This document shows positions 60,881 through 64,000 of a DNA stretch of 64,000 bases, piece by piece. Position 1 is the first letter of the stretch, and each line of letters opens with the position of its first letter. The notes under the pieces are model-generated. The model was given only the letters and a program-made list of their open reading frames with translations. It was not told where the DNA came from and made no database searches. The DNA comes from Novakomyces olei (lineage: Eukaryota): the NCBI GenBank assembly GCA_016906335.1, contig JADEYG010000015.1, forward strand, positions 1,178,001 through 1,242,000. Direction: 5' to 3'. The position numbers and the translations under genes were made by a program.

Positions 60881-62460
60881 CTACTTTTCAGACTCGATCA
60901 TCTCTGTCAATTGCTGAATATAACCTTCCGGGTAAGAAGCAGCGCTAGGCGGCCTCGGGATCTTTGAGGCAAACAAAAGGTAGCTTGTATGACCTCGCAT
61001 TTCAGGATCAGGTTTCGTACAGTCTCGCCATCTTGCAGGATCAATATACTCGCCCCTTACAATTTTCCGCCTCATATGCCGCTCCCAGCCAGAGCTGTCC
61101 GGGTTCACGTCCATTCCATCTCCTCTGTCCTCCGCAGCTGTCTTTGCATTTTTCAAAGGCTTAGATATAAATTTGTTTGCCTTGTCAACCGTGGATCCAT
61201 TCAGATCGCCATCTTTACCTCTAGAATCATTCTGAGCTGTAATTGTAATTCCAGCCTGAGCATTATTCTGATTTGGCTCCTTATCGTTTGCAATAAGCCC
61301 ATTATTTTCCTTTTCATCTCTTTTCTCTCCCTCCTTTTCATCTCTCTCTCCATACTTCTCCCCTCTCTCTTCATCCTGTGACTCGTCCAACGGATCCACC
61401 GCCTTTCGTTTAAACCTGGACGACCCCTCTCGCCGCTGTTGGTCCATTTGTCTCAATTTAGCCACCATTTCGTCAGCTGTCCGAATAGGAGCCTTCTTTA
61501 TATCGTGCTGCTTATACATTACCTCGTGTAGCTCAATTCCGTGCCACTCATGCTCACGCAGGGCGCTAATCGCTCTCTGTACCTGTTCGATACAAGGCAG
61601 AAAACAGCATAATCTGCATTGTGAAGTGGGCGAAATATGACGATCTAAATGAGGCAGAGCTTGCCAGGGAGATGGCAAATCCAGGAAACAGGCCTGCAGG
61701 GCTAAACACTCGGGTTCACCTTCCACACTGAACCCGTTGGTACAAACATCTCGATGCTGTAGACTGGTATTGCCCCCAGTCTCCCTCAGCAAAGAGTGGG
61801 CAGAAAACTCTTGGCGTGCAGTTGTGTAACGCGCCTTGTGAAACTCAAAAGTATACAGTCGACCAGTTGCGCCGAGAGTACGGGAGAACGCGTGCGTAGC
61901 ACTTCCACTGCCCGTTCCCGCCTCAGCGACACGCATCCCCGGTCGCAGCCTTAGCTGTGCAGTAATAAAAGCGATATCGGCAGTATAAACGATCTGCGTT
62001 CGATGTGGCAAAGCCAACGTCCATAGCTCAGGCGTCAGTCGGAGCAAGTACACAAAGCCACCATCGCGGCTGCCTTTTATCTGTGAGCCATAGGGCATTC
62101 CTATCATATCGCGATGTGGGAAGTAGCCATAGCGGCAATGATGCGTTTGTGTAGCATCAATTAGTATTGGTTTCACGTCCAGTCGGTCCTTGGCAAGTTA
62201 GTTGGGCAAGTGTAGAGTAGTTGGATATAGAATTGTGGTCTGAATTGGAAACAGCATCGTCAGACAAGTTTTAAAGTTTTTTTCTTTTTTTTTGTCCCTC
62301 TTAAATTCCCTGATTGTTCTTGACTTGGTCGTACCGTAACGATACAGAATGAAACATAACAGAAATAAATAATAATAAACAGATTGGAAAAGACGAGAGC
62401 GAAATGTACCTGCCACACTATCACCGTATCACCTTCTTTGATAGTTCCATTTGCTGCCAT
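60881..62460 (-). CDS. TRM61: tRNA (adenine-58-N1)-methyltransferase catalytic subunit, 2 exons
   Basis: TPELWTLALPHRTQIVY, EAGTGSGS, FLDLPSPW, PCIEQV, HTSYLLFA. Confidence 0.96.
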
Positions 62461-62740
62461 TGGCGAACGAGAATCTTATCTGGTGCCTCTGCATAAAATT
62501 AAATATTTATAGTATATTAATTAATAAATTTGATAAATAATAGTCTTGCAACGATAATGGCAATTGCTCCTGTCATAATATTATCGAATATAGCGCAGAA
62601 TTTATTTCCATTTATTATGTATGCCCGTTGCCCACTATAACTATCTGTACCGCCTCGTCAATATAATTATTATCGAAAATAATTATATAAGGCTGAACAT
62701 TAATCAGAGCGCATTTAACGCACTCCAATTTTGATCAGCA

Positions 62741-64000
62741 ATGGTACAAACAGACTCGAGCGCGTACGTGTCCACGTTTGAGTTTGATTGTAATGGGCGC
62801 TCAGTGCGAGGTTGGCGGAGTAGTGCAACGGGGCTCAATGTGGTTAATCTCGCATTAGATTCGCCTCTTGTAAATCTTTATGTGACCATCCCCACAGAGA
62901 GTAAGCGGTTATCATGGCAAGAGTGATTAACAAGGATTATAGTTACCAACGATACCGGCTGCCCTCATACTCTCGAGCATTTATGCTTTATGGGAAGCAA
63001 AAAGTACCCTTTCAAGGGAGTACTGGATACTGTTGCAAACCGAATGTTTGCCGAAGGCACAAACGCCTGGACGGGTAAACTGAGGCCCCCTTTTTTTTTT
63101 TAATTTCAGCTTTTCTTTATTTCATCAATCTATTTTAAATATTTTCATTGATTTGTATTTTCATTCGGTTTTTAGTTCTCAACTCTCTACTTTTGCGGGT
63201 TCATTTGCTATTCTGATCGAGATTACGAGTGTCCTGCTACTATAATACGCTTACAGCCGTGTCTCTGTGCTAAACATTGTAGACGTCGACAGTACGGTCT
63301 ACACGTTACAGACTGTGGGGCAGGACGGGATGCTTTCTTTTCTTCCCATTTATATGGATCATTTATTGCACCCAACGCTTACGGAAAGCGCTTGCCTTAC
63401 TGAAGTTCATCACATAAATGGCAAAGGAGAGGATGCTGGTGTCGTGTTTTCCGAAATGCAAGGTCGGGAGAATTCTAGTGGCGATTTGATGAATTTGAAG
63501 TCGGCACAAAAGTTGTTCCCTGCCGGCTCTGGGTACCGCAGTGAAACTGGCGGCAAAATGGACAGCCTGCGTGCGCTTAATGTTGATACGATTAGGGCTT
63601 TTCACAGAGATTATTATCGGCCGGAGAATATTTGTATAATTCTGACAGGCAACATTGATTCGGACCGGCTCTTGAATGTTATGGGCGGAATCGATCGCGA
63701 TGTTTTGGCATCATTGAAGGAAGCAAACCACCCTGGAAAGCAGAAAAGGCCCTGGGTAAGCTCGCCTGTACCAGATTTGAAGAAAAATGTGACAGAGACG
63801 ATACTGTTTCCTGAGCAAGATGAATCAATGGGTGAGCTTCTCCTGTCTTGGCTCGGTCCGCAAGTTCATGAACGTCTTATTGGCTCTGCTATTCAAATAA
63901 TGGCAGATTACCTGACCGATTCTTCCGCATCTCTTTTGCAAACCAAGTTTGTCGAGCAGGACGATCCGCTGTGTACTGCAATTTATACACTAACCACTGA
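62741..64000 (+). CDS. M16 zinc metallopeptidase (YOL098C/Sdd3-like), 5' part; runs off the window end
   Basis: NDTGCPHTLEHLCFMGSKKYPFKGVLD (HxxEH), GTNAWT, YMDHLLHPTLT, GVVFSEMQG, GYRSETGG. Confidence 0.9.

Noticed and set aside
1-64000. tRNA, rRNA and snRNA genes
   Set aside because: No convincing A/B-box cloverleaf or snRNA signature seen by eye; tRNAscan-SE and Infernal would be needed to exclude them.

Overview
A gene-dense, intron-containing fungal chromosome segment. It is probably from an early-diverging ascomycete: short introns, many AAG 3' splice sites and a Raf1/DIM-9-like gene suggest this, but the taxon is my inference. About 33 protein-coding genes are supportable, mostly housekeeping: QCR2, a short-form tRNase Z, a peroxisomal carrier, RPC82, SPN1, acyl-CoA synthetase, DDP1, RCN1, nucleoside hydrolase, SIF2, SEC31, MIC26/27, AIP1, CYK3, PFA4, a CASTOR-like protein, calcineurin A, CAF-1 p150, TAF6, SDH3, GLC8, HUA1, SPE2, TRM61 and an M16 protease. 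Two small spliced genes are missed or only partly captured by the ORF track: a BC10/BLCAP homolog and an I78 protease inhibitor. The most interesting non-standard signals are: (1) a spliced 5' leader of AdoMetDC (SPE2) with overlapping uORFs, one ending in KPP-stop, a candidate splicing- and polyamine-dependent translational switch; (2) phased ~31-32 bp arrays built on a telomere-like AGGGTTAGTT core, plus a dispersed ~190 bp telobox-containing element; (3) a stand-alone MULE/FAR1-type DNA-binding ORF. All gene models were read by eye, so exon boundaries are approximate.
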